From Epithemia pelagica (lineage: Eukaryota; Protista; Bacillariophyta): DNA of 64,000 bases. Under the pieces are notes generated by a model. That model was not told the origin of the DNA and ran no database searches. It saw only the letters and a program-made list of their open reading frames with translations. The stretch is taken from the NCBI GenBank assembly GCA_946965045.2, contig OX337242.1:1860001-1924000 (forward strand), read 5' to 3'. Position numbers and translations under genes: made by a program. Shown in pieces: positions 22,216 to 31,841 of this stretch (positions within the stretch are counted from its first letter, which is position 1; each line of letters begins with the position of its first letter).

Positions 22216-22796
22216 GAAACAGAGAGTTGTTGGTGTGGTTGTGGTGGTGGTTCCTGCTCGAATAATCGTGTTTGAGGAATGACTTGTCGGAAAAATCAAA
22301 CCTCATGTGTGAACCTTTGGAATGTTGCTTTCTTGTTTGTTCTGATTGATGTAGAAAGTAAGAAGTAGTAGTAACCTATTCATACCCATAGGCCGCCCGT
22401 TTTCCTGAAAGGAAGGTTGTGGACAAGAGCAATGACGACAGAATGGCCAATATGGAGTCGTTGATGTAGCTGCAGTCTTGTCGTGATCCGTCCTACTCCA
22501 TTGTGGTTGTGATTCAAGTTTGAATTCTATGTCCAAGTCTACTACAAGTATCATTAGACGGTTTTCTTGTCTTTCTTGTCGTTGTGGTTCATGTGCCGAG
22601 TCCTTTATCCAAGTTGACTATTAGTATCATTGGATGACTTTCTTGTAACAGTAGAGCCAAGTCTGGTGAAACTAAAAAGTAAATATCTGAAAAATATAGG
22701 TTACGTAAGTACAGACTTGAATCCCAATAGAATTGGTGTTTGTCCCACTCTACACACAGTCACACGTTTGTTCGTTTGTTTGTTTCTTTGTTTGTT

Positions 22797-23897
22797 TTAC
22801 GAGGACCACTGAAAGGGCTGAATCTGTTGACAATTGTAATTGGCCACTTCCCAGTCAATCGGGGAGAGGGGTGGAGGCAGGGTGGCCGCTTCCTTCTCGG
22901 GGGAGGACGGGAACATGTAGGCCAATGCCGCTTGGGCATAGGTATCGGTCCCTTGCACAAATTGGTTGGTGGTGAGTTGCGCCAAGCCAAAGGTGTCGTC
23001 CAAATACCGTTGATAATCCGTCTCATCCAAACACAAGAGTGCAACGACGCCCGTCACATCCGTGACAAAGTCGAGCATGGCCAACAAGGAGGGTTGCGAC
23101 AGGTCCGTGTCGGGGGATTGAAATTCCGTGGGAAACACGTCACTGGCCGCACAATCCCACCCCGTGGCAAAGTCTTGAAAGGACACGTGCAAGTCGCCAA
23201 AGACGGTCAGGTGACGATTCGTGGTAATGGCTTGTACCAGGTCCGTCGTGGCGGCGTCCGTGGTATTGGCCTGCGAGGCTTCTACCCACTCCCTCAGCGG
23301 TTGATACGTGTCTTGCAAACGGGTTTGAAATGCGGCTTGTTCGGTTTCAGCCGTTTCGAGATTGAGTTCCAAGTTGACAATGGTTTCGTTCAAGGCTTGA
23401 TTGACCGCATTGGTTTCATTCAGAGCCACCTCCAAGGCCCCTTGGACCTCTTGCAACGCGAGAGCCGTGGCCGTCAAGTCTTGAATCGTCGCTTCCAAGT
23501 GACTCTGCTCTTGTTGGACAGCGGCCAATTCTTGTTGCACAATAGCTTGCTGGGCACGTACTTGATCGTTGCTTCGTCCCAATTTCAAATACACAATGAA
23601 TTCGTCCGTCAATTGCGTCGTCAACTCTTGCTGTGATTGCGTCAAGGCGGCAATATCTTCTTCCAATGCTTGATTGGTTTGTTGCGTGTCCGAGACGGCC
23701 TGCACCAAGTCTTGATAGACTTGTTGCAATTTGTCAATGGTCGAGTCTTGCAACCGGCGGACCGTGCTGTGGTGCGGAGGCGATCGCAACAAGGGCGAGG
23801 ACGACGATTCAGCCGTCACGGCAATGGTGGAGATTGCAGTGGCGACGATGAGAACCAACATCAAAGAAGAAGAAGAAGAGCAAGCACCCACAAACAT
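22797..23897 (-). CDS. Secreted coiled-coil protein with C-terminal Cys motifs (paralog A)
   Basis: Signal peptide, RRLQ, heptad Q/L-rich coiled coil, then WDC...LCLD...SPIDWE..NYNC. Homologous to 31842..33005. Confidence 0.75.
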   Translation of the reverse strand: MFVGACSSSSSLMLVLIVATAISTIAVTAESSSSPLLRSPPHHSTVRRLQDSTIDKLQQVYQDLVQAVSDTQQTNQALEEDIAALTQSQQELTTQLTDEFIVYLKLGRSNDQVRAQQAIVQQELAAVQQEQSHLEATIQDLTATALALQEVQGALEVALNETNAVNQALNETIVNLELNLETAETEQAAFQTRLQDTYQPLREWVEASQANTTDAATTDLVQAITTNRHLTVFGDLHVSFQDFATGWDCAASDVFPTEFQSPDTDLSQPSLLAMLDFVTDVTGVVALLCLDETDYQRYLDDTFGLAQLTTNQFVQGTDTYAQAALAYMFPSSPEKEAATLPPPLSPIDWEVANYNCQQIQPFQWSS

Positions 23898-24478
23898 CTT
23901 TTGTTCTTTCAATGTGGAACGAATGAATGAATCAATGGACGAATGAATGAATATGAACGAATGAATGAGCTCCGTCAGTCAAGAAGCACAGCAGATGCGT
24001 TGTGTCGTTGATTTTGTTCGAGCCTCTACGCCTCTACTCATAGATGAGGATCTCCGTTGCTTTCTTGCTATCAAAAAGCTTGGCGTTGACAAGCTCCCCC
24101 ATTTGGGGGAGAAGATTCAGCCGTTGTACACTAACTAAATTCGTACAAAGACCAGTCAGATTTATGCGAAACAGGGGCATATGCTATTTACAATAGCCCA
24201 CAGAAACAGCACGCCGGGTTGGTTAGGAGTGAATATTTGTCGGAGTGACCAAGAACGACGTAGACGGGGGCTCCAAGCTACGAGCTGGTTCACGTTGCGG
24301 AGTGCATGAGTATATTAGTGTACAAGACTGTACCCGAAAAAAACCAGTACACAAAACTCCACAGTGGATAATCCGCAGCAACCATGACAATGGGATGGAT
24401 CGATGTTTGGACAAATACGATGCCATTCCTGGCTACAAACACAACAAGTACTATTGCTAATCGACTAAGTAGGTTCTA

Positions 24479-25018
24479 TTACGCATCTGCTGTAAAGAAC
24501 AGGCTCTGGGTAGGGTATTTTGTCGTCATGTAGGCAAGAGCAGTCTTGAGCTCTTCCATGTGGAAGAGGCTCATGTAGAGGGTGACGACCATTGGGTCCA
24601 TGCTGCTCTTTGTATCGATTGTGCACCGTGTGTAGAATTGAATGCGGCCCTTCTTCTTGCTGGAGTCCGTGGGTGAGAGAACTTCCTTCATCACTGTCTT
24701 GACAATGAACCCAACTGGCAGCACAAGCAGCGGGTCGGCAAACTCGGACCGCGCTTCCCTCTTGTAAAATGCCAACCGAAGATAGTCTGTGCTTGTCTCC
24801 CGTTGGAGGAGAACATGCCCACGGTCGACAACATTCCGTCCATTTTGTTCTGCGCCGTTGTCGACAATGTCTCCAACGAGAACATTGACCCTGTCCGCGT
24901 AAAAGCTCGTCCGAAAGTTACATCGACTTCGATCGTCTTCAGAGCCAAACTTGTCCTTGTTGAAAAAGAACTCGACCTCGTCCTCCATGCCGTTGTTGAT
25001 TGTTGGTGTTGGTAGCAT
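24479..25018 (-). CDS. Hypothetical 179-aa cargo protein
   Basis: Globular-looking ORF with an alternating hydrophobic pattern and C-terminal helix. It lies inside the TIRs. Confidence 0.6.
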   Translation of the reverse strand: MLPTPTINNGMEDEVEFFFNKDKFGSEDDRSRCNFRTSFYADRVNVLVGDIVDNGAEQNGRNVVDRGHVLLQRETSTDYLRLAFYKREARSEFADPLLVLPVGFIVKTVMKEVLSPTDSSKKKGRIQFYTRCTIDTKSSMDPMVVTLYMSLFHMEELKTALAYMTTKYPTQSLFFTADA

Positions 25019-25297
25019 CGTACTCCGAACTCCGCACGTTAGGTTGATTGTTCGATCGATTCAAAGCAGTGGGTTGTTTCGTGTTTGCATGTTTCGTTTC
25101 CGGATGCATCCAAAATGTGGGAGCCACACGGGTTGGTCGGATCTTTACGCGCACCTCTTTCCGTTCAGCTATCCGTTGATCTAAGTAGGTTGTTTGAGTT
25201 TGGTCTTGAGATCGCGAGCAGGTACATTCCACATCCCATTACAAGACACAGCACGATGCTCTCAGTTGTGTGTTCGTCTCACAAAAAACAAAACAAG

Positions 25298-26223
25298 ATG
25301 AGCAACAACAGCCATCGTCGCTACCCAAGTCGCACCCGCACCAAAACACCAAGCTTCCTGGATGACATCCAGGAAGATACTGTTCCTCCACCAGGGAAGA
25401 CGCCAGGGAAGACACCAGCGAAGACACCAGCGAAGACACCGGGCAAGAAGCTCCCTCCGAAGAAGAGCTCCACGAAGAAGAACGCAAACAAGAAGCGTCG
25501 AACAAAGAAGACGAGTCCGGAGCTCCCCCCACCCCAGTCTCCAGATTTCGTCATTTCCAAGGTGGTTGAAGGGGAGACTCCAAGAGGAGCAAACGAGGAC
25601 ATAGTGGTATTGATGCCGGTGGCCATCGACGACAAGGCGCAGAGGCTCAAGGATGCATTGAACAAAGCAACGCAGTGGCATCTCATCCTTGGTGATGAGA
25701 ATGGAGCCACGACCCTGGTGCTTGGTCGAAACCACAAATATCATTCGGGCAAAGTCTCGATTGCCGAGATTGTGGAAACGCTTAAGCAGTCTGAGCGTAG
25801 CCACAAGCCCAGAAACAATGAAACAATCAACGAAAATGGTAAGTTGATTGTGCCTTTGTAATTGATTGGAACGATCGTAGTACTCACCTCATTTTGTTTT
25901 CAGGACAAGAGGGTGGAATGCTGATGGAGACTCGCACTCCATTGAAGAAGGAGGAGTCCATTGGTGAGGCGGAGACTGTCATGAAATCCAATGTGGTGGA
26001 TTGGCAGTACTTGACGCCTGGTGAGAAGCACGCCCAAAAGAGACGTGAGGCCGAGAGGGCTGTGCATTTCATGGCTGACAGTTGTGCAAGCCCGAGTCTC
26101 TTTCGTGAGGCTGCTTCAACGACGTCGGATGATGACGCCACGTATGACTCTCACGTTGATGATGGATTTGAAGATACGCAGGAGGAAAATATGTTTAGTC
26201 AGGAGGACTACTACAAGTATTAG
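25298..26223 (+). CDS. Basic/acidic cargo protein with tandem KTP repeats, 2 exons
   Basis: ATG 25298; intron 25839-25903 (GTAAGT...TTTCAG) fuses ORF 25085 to ORF 25894 in frame. Contains PGKTPGKTPAKTPAKTPGKK, a lysine-rich segment and an acidic C-terminus. Confidence 0.7.
25391..25450 (+). repeat. 12-bp minisatellite x5 encoding P(G/A)KT
   Basis: CCAGGGAAGACG CCAGGGAAGACA CCAGCGAAGACA CCAGCGAAGACA CCGGGCAAGAAG. Confidence 0.85.
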
Positions 26224-26287
26224 TTACGTAAAATAAACCATTCTAAATACTGAATAATTGTTGTCCTTTACTTTCATCATCGTGGCC

Positions 26288-27514
26288 TTAGTCGCTTTCT
26301 TCTTCTTCATCGTCATCTTCGTCTTCGTCGTGCGAATCCTGATCTTTCTCGTTGTTGTTGCCTTCGTCATCTTCCTCGTCATCCGAATCCGAATCTGAAT
26401 CCTCATCTTCATCTCCTTCATCATCCGACTTCTCGGATTCCTCGTCGTCGTTGCCATCTGAAGATTCATCTTGCTCATCCTGGCTGCCAGTCCTCATGCC
26501 CGACGCCAGATTGTAGCACCAGAACAACTCTTGATTTTTTTTAATGTTGCGTTTGGCTGTAGCCTTGAGCTTTCCGTCGACCTGGACGTTGTAGCATTTG
26601 TCGTCCGGGTCAACAGGTTGGTTGTCGTGATACTTGGCATAGTTTGGATCGTTTGCAAAGTGCAAACCCATCCAAAGGTCTGCCGCGGATGGATCAACGA
26701 AGACAGAAGGCCTTGTACGCAGTCGGACAGCGTAAGCAGAAGGCGGACGAGACTTGTCAAGGACCTTACCACCATAGAATCCCAGCATTTCGCCTTTTTT
26801 GTAGGGCTTTGCTGCAAAAAGCCCGAGACGAGCGTTGTCCAAGGTTGATCGCTTGATGACAAACAAGTCTTCGTCGACGTACCGAACAATGCACTCGTAC
26901 TTTTGTGAATTGTCGTTTAGGTCCACCATCATTGTCCCTTCGACAAGTAGATTGTTCTTGTGTTTCTTGTTGATTCCCGACCCTTTCTTTTTGTTGTATT
27001 TACTTGGAGCATAGTGTTTGATTGCTGTGCCAACAGGTTTGCCCTTGGAGCCGTGGGCTTTCCGGACCTGTGCACCTTCGATGCTCACGATGCCCTTGAT
27101 GTGGGAGGAAATGAACCGATATAATTCGGTTCTTTCCTCCAAAGTACCTGATCCATACAGGCCTTCAAGCTTGGCCATGAGATTCTCCGCCTTCACTGCC
27201 CGTGGCGTTCTCGTTGTTGCAATCTTCTTCCTCGCTCGTTGTTTCTGATTGAGCTCATCCATTTTGTATTTTCGATTTTGCTGCATGCGACGAGGCGGCT
27301 TTGCTGCTCTTGTTCGTGTTCTTGCGGAACTCGCCTGTTGCTTTGTAGCGGAACGTGTCTGTCGCTTTCCCATGGCTGTTGCAGGCTGCTGCACTTTGTC
27401 GCTGTCGAAAAATTCTGACTGCTGCACTTTTATGAACTTGGGCTGCTGCACTTTTTGGAGAAGGCGCAGAAACGCCAACCCCTTTGAGCTTCCGAATGAG
27501 AGTGAAAACCGCAT
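26288..27514 (-). CDS. SET-domain protein (putative lysine methyltransferase) with basic N-terminus and acidic tail; transposon cargo
   Basis: SET motifs RSTLDNARLGLFAAKPYKKGEMLGFYGG, LHFANDP (NH-motif position) and AKRNIKKNQELFWCY (ELxxxY). About 55-aa D/E tail; no post-SET cysteines. Alternative ATG at 27373. Confidence 0.85.
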   Translation of the reverse strand: MRFSLSFGSSKGLAFLRLLQKVQQPKFIKVQQSEFFDSDKVQQPATAMGKRQTRSATKQQASSARTRTRAAKPPRRMQQNRKYKMDELNQKQRARKKIATTRTPRAVKAENLMAKLEGLYGSGTLEERTELYRFISSHIKGIVSIEGAQVRKAHGSKGKPVGTAIKHYAPSKYNKKKGSGINKKHKNNLLVEGTMMVDLNDNSQKYECIVRYVDEDLFVIKRSTLDNARLGLFAAKPYKKGEMLGFYGGKVLDKSRPPSAYAVRLRTRPSVFVDPSAADLWMGLHFANDPNYAKYHDNQPVDPDDKCYNVQVDGKLKATAKRNIKKNQELFWCYNLASGMRTGSQDEQDESSDGNDDEESEKSDDEGDEDEDSDSDSDDEEDDEGNNNEKDQDSHDEDEDDDEEEESD

Positions 27515-27723
27515 TGACAGTCATCAGACTGTCGTTTGTACACTGTGGACCAGTCTATTTTTGGTGTCACCAATGAACTTCGCAGCACTTGAGACGTACA
27601 AAAAAGATTCTCTCATAAAATTTGCTTCTGGAAAAAGTGAAACAGAGTCTCGTGCATGACAAGCCTACAAGTATGAAGATGAAGAGGAGTTCTATGGTAC
27701 GTAAATGTGTTACAATATGAATT

Positions 27724-30700
27724 TCAGCGTTCTGCTTCTTGTGCCTCCTTCCAGACTTGCTGGATGAACGAGTGCTCTTGATCGAGCGTGCACCGGTGAG
27801 TCTTCATACTCACATTCACATACTTCTCGATTTCGACAAACAGGATGTCATCTGTTGCACTTTGATTCCTGCTGTCAAACAACAAATAGGTAAGCATGTA
27901 CCGCCTTGCTTTCGCTGAGAACCTGCGAACGGTTCTCAGCGAAACTTTCCCCATACTGTCTCTCACCACTTGCATGAACTTCGTCTTGTTGCCTTTCTTG
28001 TTTCTTGTCAAGCGTCGGAAGTATCGCTTCCCAAGACCCCATGCGTACTCGATCCCTTCACCCGCCAGTTCGCAGTGGTATTTTGGTGTGACGAGGATTT
28101 CAAGGTTGCGAGAATATCGCTGCGAGAGATCAGCCGCCAGTTGTTCGAGGGCTGATCTCTCATTCTTGAAGTCCTCGCACGATCCCATCAGGTAAGTCAA
28201 GGAATACTTCTTGTATTCCTCCATCTTGTCCTCACGGACCTGTCCTGAACCATCCAACCATGTCTTACTCATGTCCTTGCGGTATTCCTGGAGCTTGGTG
28301 GTGTCAATGAAACCACGCTCGCCCAGAACTTGGAAGAGACCCTTTGGTTGCCCAAGCCAGCCCTGCTCCATGACAACTCGGTCTACCTCGGTTGGTAGCT
28401 GCCTTGCTGTCGAAATTGCCTGGAGCTGGTCAAGGGATTTGGAATGGTAGGCTTGAAGTGCCCTGTCGCCATGTTGAGCTCCTTGTTGAATGTCATGGCG
28501 AATGAGCTCACCAATCAATTCTTTCTTGGACAGCTTGTGTTTCTTTGTTTGATTGGTTGGGTGGTCGAACTTCATTCGTTGTCGTTGCTCCTCAGTGAGA
28601 GGAACACCCTTATAAGCAAATGGGCCAGGGTCCGCATCCGTGTATACCATGGATTGCTTCGACCCTGGCTGAAGACGATGAGGGTGTGGATATGGACCGA
28701 TGCACTCAACAATTGTCTCATGCATTTTGGGTACCACTCCACCCCAATCCTTGTTCATGGTCTTCTCGTTGAGCCCATCCTTCTGTTTTCGTCCATGACC
28801 GCTACTGTTGTCAAAGAGAAAAGCGAAATCAAAGGATGGATAGAGGACCATCAAACAATCAACCAAGTCCTCAAATTGGAGGGCCATGTGATCGTAGTTC
28901 CACCAGCCATCATTGTTGGATCCATAGTCAAAATACGTGCAGAACGCACTGGCATCCGTGATCTGCCGGATCCGCTTGCTGCTGCCACCAAGTACTTGAC
29001 TGGCAGAGTCCTCGGCCAAGTACGTCTGCGCTCGACGAGATTGATTGATTGCCTCTAGCTTCTCGGGGGTGAGCAGGACAACTTCGCCTGAGTTGTCTGA
29101 ATAGAACCCCCATGCGCGACTCACGAATGCACTAAGCATTAAACCGTGCCCGTCGTCTTTGGGCAAAAGAACTCCACGCCCTTTGTGGTCCCCCCAACTC
29201 TTCTTCGAGAAGGACCATTGCTTGAAAATGGCTTCATCTTGGCCAACAAGCACAACAGGACGACGCTCAGAAGGGAAACGATGCGACAAATTTCCTCCCA
29301 GCAGCTTGTTTTCATCTCTAATGTATGATGAAAACACATCAGGAAAACAATCTACATGGTATTCTCGCATTGTTTGGTTCGTCGAAGGGTCTCGAAACTC
29401 GAAAGCCCAAACATCCTTCATGAGCTTTTCGGAGACACCCTCAATCTCCCCGTTTTCTAGTTTGATTGCTTGGTCGGATGGAATCTGAATCCATCGATGC
29501 GCAAGCTTTTCCAACTCGAAGTATTTCGAGATGAACTGCTTCCGGGCTTGAACATTGTCGGCGTCCTCGTGACGGTCCGTGTAGTATGTCTTCTTTGTTT
29601 CAGAGAATCGAAACCCAGCATATGTGAGAATCTTCCATGCCGCACCGACTGAAACACTGGGGAGATTCACTTTTTGACGGAACTCGTCCAACGTGAGCGG
29701 CTCTGTGGATGGCTCCCCATCTTCGGTGTCCGTCTGTTGCTCTTTTTTATATATCAATGGGATCAAACTGTCTCGAATGTACATGGCTGCCATCTCGCAG
29801 GAGAGGGTCTCCAGATGTTGGCTCGCCCACTTCTGCAGCAATGGGAGTGCTTCTGGATATTGAGCCAGAAAGCATGGGCACGGCTTCTTCCCAATCTGGA
29901 TGTACCAGTTTGGATGCGGGAACTTGCCGCTGACCCGGAATGCAACGTTGGCTCTTTGCACAGTCCGCCAATTCTGCAGACCGCTTTTTGAGATTCTACT
30001 CCGTTCGGTTGCATATTTGCAACACGAAGTCCACGTGGCACCATCCTCCATGGTGTGCAGGGCTCGCTCATACGCAAGCCTCAGCACCCGCATCCTCATA
30101 AGCATCTTTGGGACACAAGAGTTTGGCGGTGGCTCATCTTGGCCCTTGTTGACAAGAGTCAAAAAACAATCAAACCGTTGTTCCGCCATTTCAAGTGACT
30201 CAATCCACCGTTCCAGCTTCTTTCTCGTTGTCTCCTCATTCACTCTCGGACCAAAGATTTTGCTCACAACGGGCCGGTCGAAGAAATCTACGGCAGAAGA
30301 GTCACTGGAGGCATTGGAATGCTCGTTGTTGTTGTTGTTTCCATTGTCGTTTCCTGTGCCTGTGGTTGTTGTTGTTGTGGTGGTTTCCAGTGCCTCTTCC
30401 AAAATCTGCTCTGGGCTTGGTGGTGATGACGCTGCCGTTGTGGCAGTTTCATCATCCTTGATTGGTGTTGTGGGTTTCTTGCGTTTGTTCCTCCCTCCAA
30501 TTCGAATCCGATTGTGGCTTTTGAATTTAAGCCACTCGTCAATAGTGTGGTTGAATTGAGGTGGTGGATCGGTCTGACGAGCCGAAACATAGTAGAATAT
30601 TTGTTTCCCACCTCGACGTCGCACCTCGTGGCGGTAGATACCCTTGGGATTCCACTCTTGCGATAGGAAATGGAGTCGCCATTCACTACCTGAGCGCATT

Positions 30701-30873
30701 AAAGATCGATTCATCATTGTTGCGTCGGATAATTCCGGAATCCACTGCTTCAAGAAGACGGCAATCTCAGCGTCAATAATCCACCGGTTTGTCCAGAGGA
30801 AGCGTATTGGATGGCATCTGAAGCCAAATTCGTCGCATATGGTTGTGTATGGCCCTGTATATGATTGAACCAT
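27724..30873 (-). CDS. Large DDE transposase (IS630/Tc1/mariner-like)
   Basis: YYTDRHED, VGQDEAIF (D1), LMLSAFVS, FLFDNSSGH (D2), PKYHCELAGEGIEYAWG (E). Uninterrupted ORF; ATG at 30873. Confidence 0.9.
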   Translation of the reverse strand: MVQSYTGPYTTICDEFGFRCHPIRFLWTNRWIIDAEIAVFLKQWIPELSDATMMNRSLMRSGSEWRLHFLSQEWNPKGIYRHEVRRRGGKQIFYYVSARQTDPPPQFNHTIDEWLKFKSHNRIRIGGRNKRKKPTTPIKDDETATTAASSPPSPEQILEEALETTTTTTTTGTGNDNGNNNNNEHSNASSDSSAVDFFDRPVVSKIFGPRVNEETTRKKLERWIESLEMAEQRFDCFLTLVNKGQDEPPPNSCVPKMLMRMRVLRLAYERALHTMEDGATWTSCCKYATERSRISKSGLQNWRTVQRANVAFRVSGKFPHPNWYIQIGKKPCPCFLAQYPEALPLLQKWASQHLETLSCEMAAMYIRDSLIPLIYKKEQQTDTEDGEPSTEPLTLDEFRQKVNLPSVSVGAAWKILTYAGFRFSETKKTYYTDRHEDADNVQARKQFISKYFELEKLAHRWIQIPSDQAIKLENGEIEGVSEKLMKDVWAFEFRDPSTNQTMREYHVDCFPDVFSSYIRDENKLLGGNLSHRFPSERRPVVLVGQDEAIFKQWSFSKKSWGDHKGRGVLLPKDDGHGLMLSAFVSRAWGFYSDNSGEVVLLTPEKLEAINQSRRAQTYLAEDSASQVLGGSSKRIRQITDASAFCTYFDYGSNNDGWWNYDHMALQFEDLVDCLMVLYPSFDFAFLFDNSSGHGRKQKDGLNEKTMNKDWGGVVPKMHETIVECIGPYPHPHRLQPGSKQSMVYTDADPGPFAYKGVPLTEEQRQRMKFDHPTNQTKKHKLSKKELIGELIRHDIQQGAQHGDRALQAYHSKSLDQLQAISTARQLPTEVDRVVMEQGWLGQPKGLFQVLGERGFIDTTKLQEYRKDMSKTWLDGSGQVREDKMEEYKKYSLTYLMGSCEDFKNERSALEQLAADLSQRYSRNLEILVTPKYHCELAGEGIEYAWGLGKRYFRRLTRNKKGNKTKFMQVVRDSMGKVSLRTVRRFSAKARRYMLTYLLFDSRNQSATDDILFVEIEKYVNVSMKTHRCTLDQEHSFIQQVWKEAQEAER

Positions 30874-30971
30874 TTTGTCTGTTCGGGCACAGGCAGAGAG
30901 ATGGAGGATGAGGGGACTGCCCACGATGTTCGACAGTAGCTACTTTCACTGCTCCTGGAGACTGAACCACA

Positions 30972-31058
30972 GGTCGAAATGCGCGACACCCCTATGATTT
31001 TCTACTACTTTTATATCTATCCTATCGATTAGGTTGGGTGGTGTTTCGCATTTCGACC
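30972..31058. promoter_or_regulatory. 19-bp inverted repeat enclosing an AT-rich spacer upstream of the transposase ATG
   Basis: GGTCGAAATGCGCGACACC (30972-90) versus GGTGTTTCGCATTTCGACC (31040-58), 2 mismatches. Confidence 0.55.
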
Positions 31059-31841
31059 GGCGAATGGCCATCGTCGCATGAAGCGGTCACTAGTCGTTAT
31101 TGCATTTTGCATTTTTCAATATGTGCGTGACAAAATGTGAGGAACACGAAAACCGTAAGTGATCCGAAACGCTGGGGTACTGTGGGCTAAAGTGTAGTAT
31201 ACAATTTCCCACTATGAAAAACTCATGCACTCCGCAACGTGAACCAGCTTGTAGATTTGCATTCAGCACTCCCAAAGACACTCCACCAGTGCTCATTGTG
31301 GACGACGGCAAACTAGGTAGAGGAGCTCCCTATCGTTGATGCCCTGACCACCGATGTAGTTGATAACGGCGACCGGGTGCGAGTGGATGTAGATTAGTCC
31401 ATCCGAAGTGGCTTGCTGGCGCGCGAGTTAGCGAGCGGGAAGTAGAACACTCCAAAATCTTTGGATAGAAAAACCTAAACTAGCCTCCACACTCTTTGCT
31501 GTTTATCCAATTTGAATCTTACGGAATGGTTGGTAACGTACACATTTTCCTATAGTATAAATGGAGGAGTGTTTGGCTATCGACTATTTTGTGTCGCTCT
31601 ACGTCGTTGGTGTACTCGACAAAGGATCCGTTGCGAGACCCCACTTTGGTCGAGATCCTTTCAAGGAGAGGCTCATTCATGTGCTCAGCATCCCCCAATC
31701 ACAACCAGCAAAAGGACACGATATCTTGTAGAACTTCTCTCTCTCTCGAAAAGACCTCATCCATCCAAGACGACGGGAGACCAAACCTTTGCAAGAAAGC
31801 GGCAATCAAGATCTCACACACTCCAAAGAAGACTGGACAAA

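Larger units (their letters stand above)
24281..31251 (-). mobile_element. Complete IS630/Tc1/mariner-like DNA transposon (6971 bp) with three cargo ORFs
   Basis: 31-bp TIRs C(G/A)AGCTGGTTCACGTTGCGGAGTGCATGAGT at 24281-24311 and 31221-31251 (1 mismatch), each flanked by TA (24279-80, 31252-53). Confidence 0.92.

Noticed and set aside
27300-27373. ARTRTRAAK in the SET N-terminus as an H3-tail mimic
   Set aside because: The resemblance to ARTKQTARK is weak, lacks the key lysine, and is expected in basic low-complexity sequence.
24181-31350. ORF of about 60 codons formed by rejoining the Tc1-like empty site
   Set aside because: Short, no recognisable motif, and compatible with chance.
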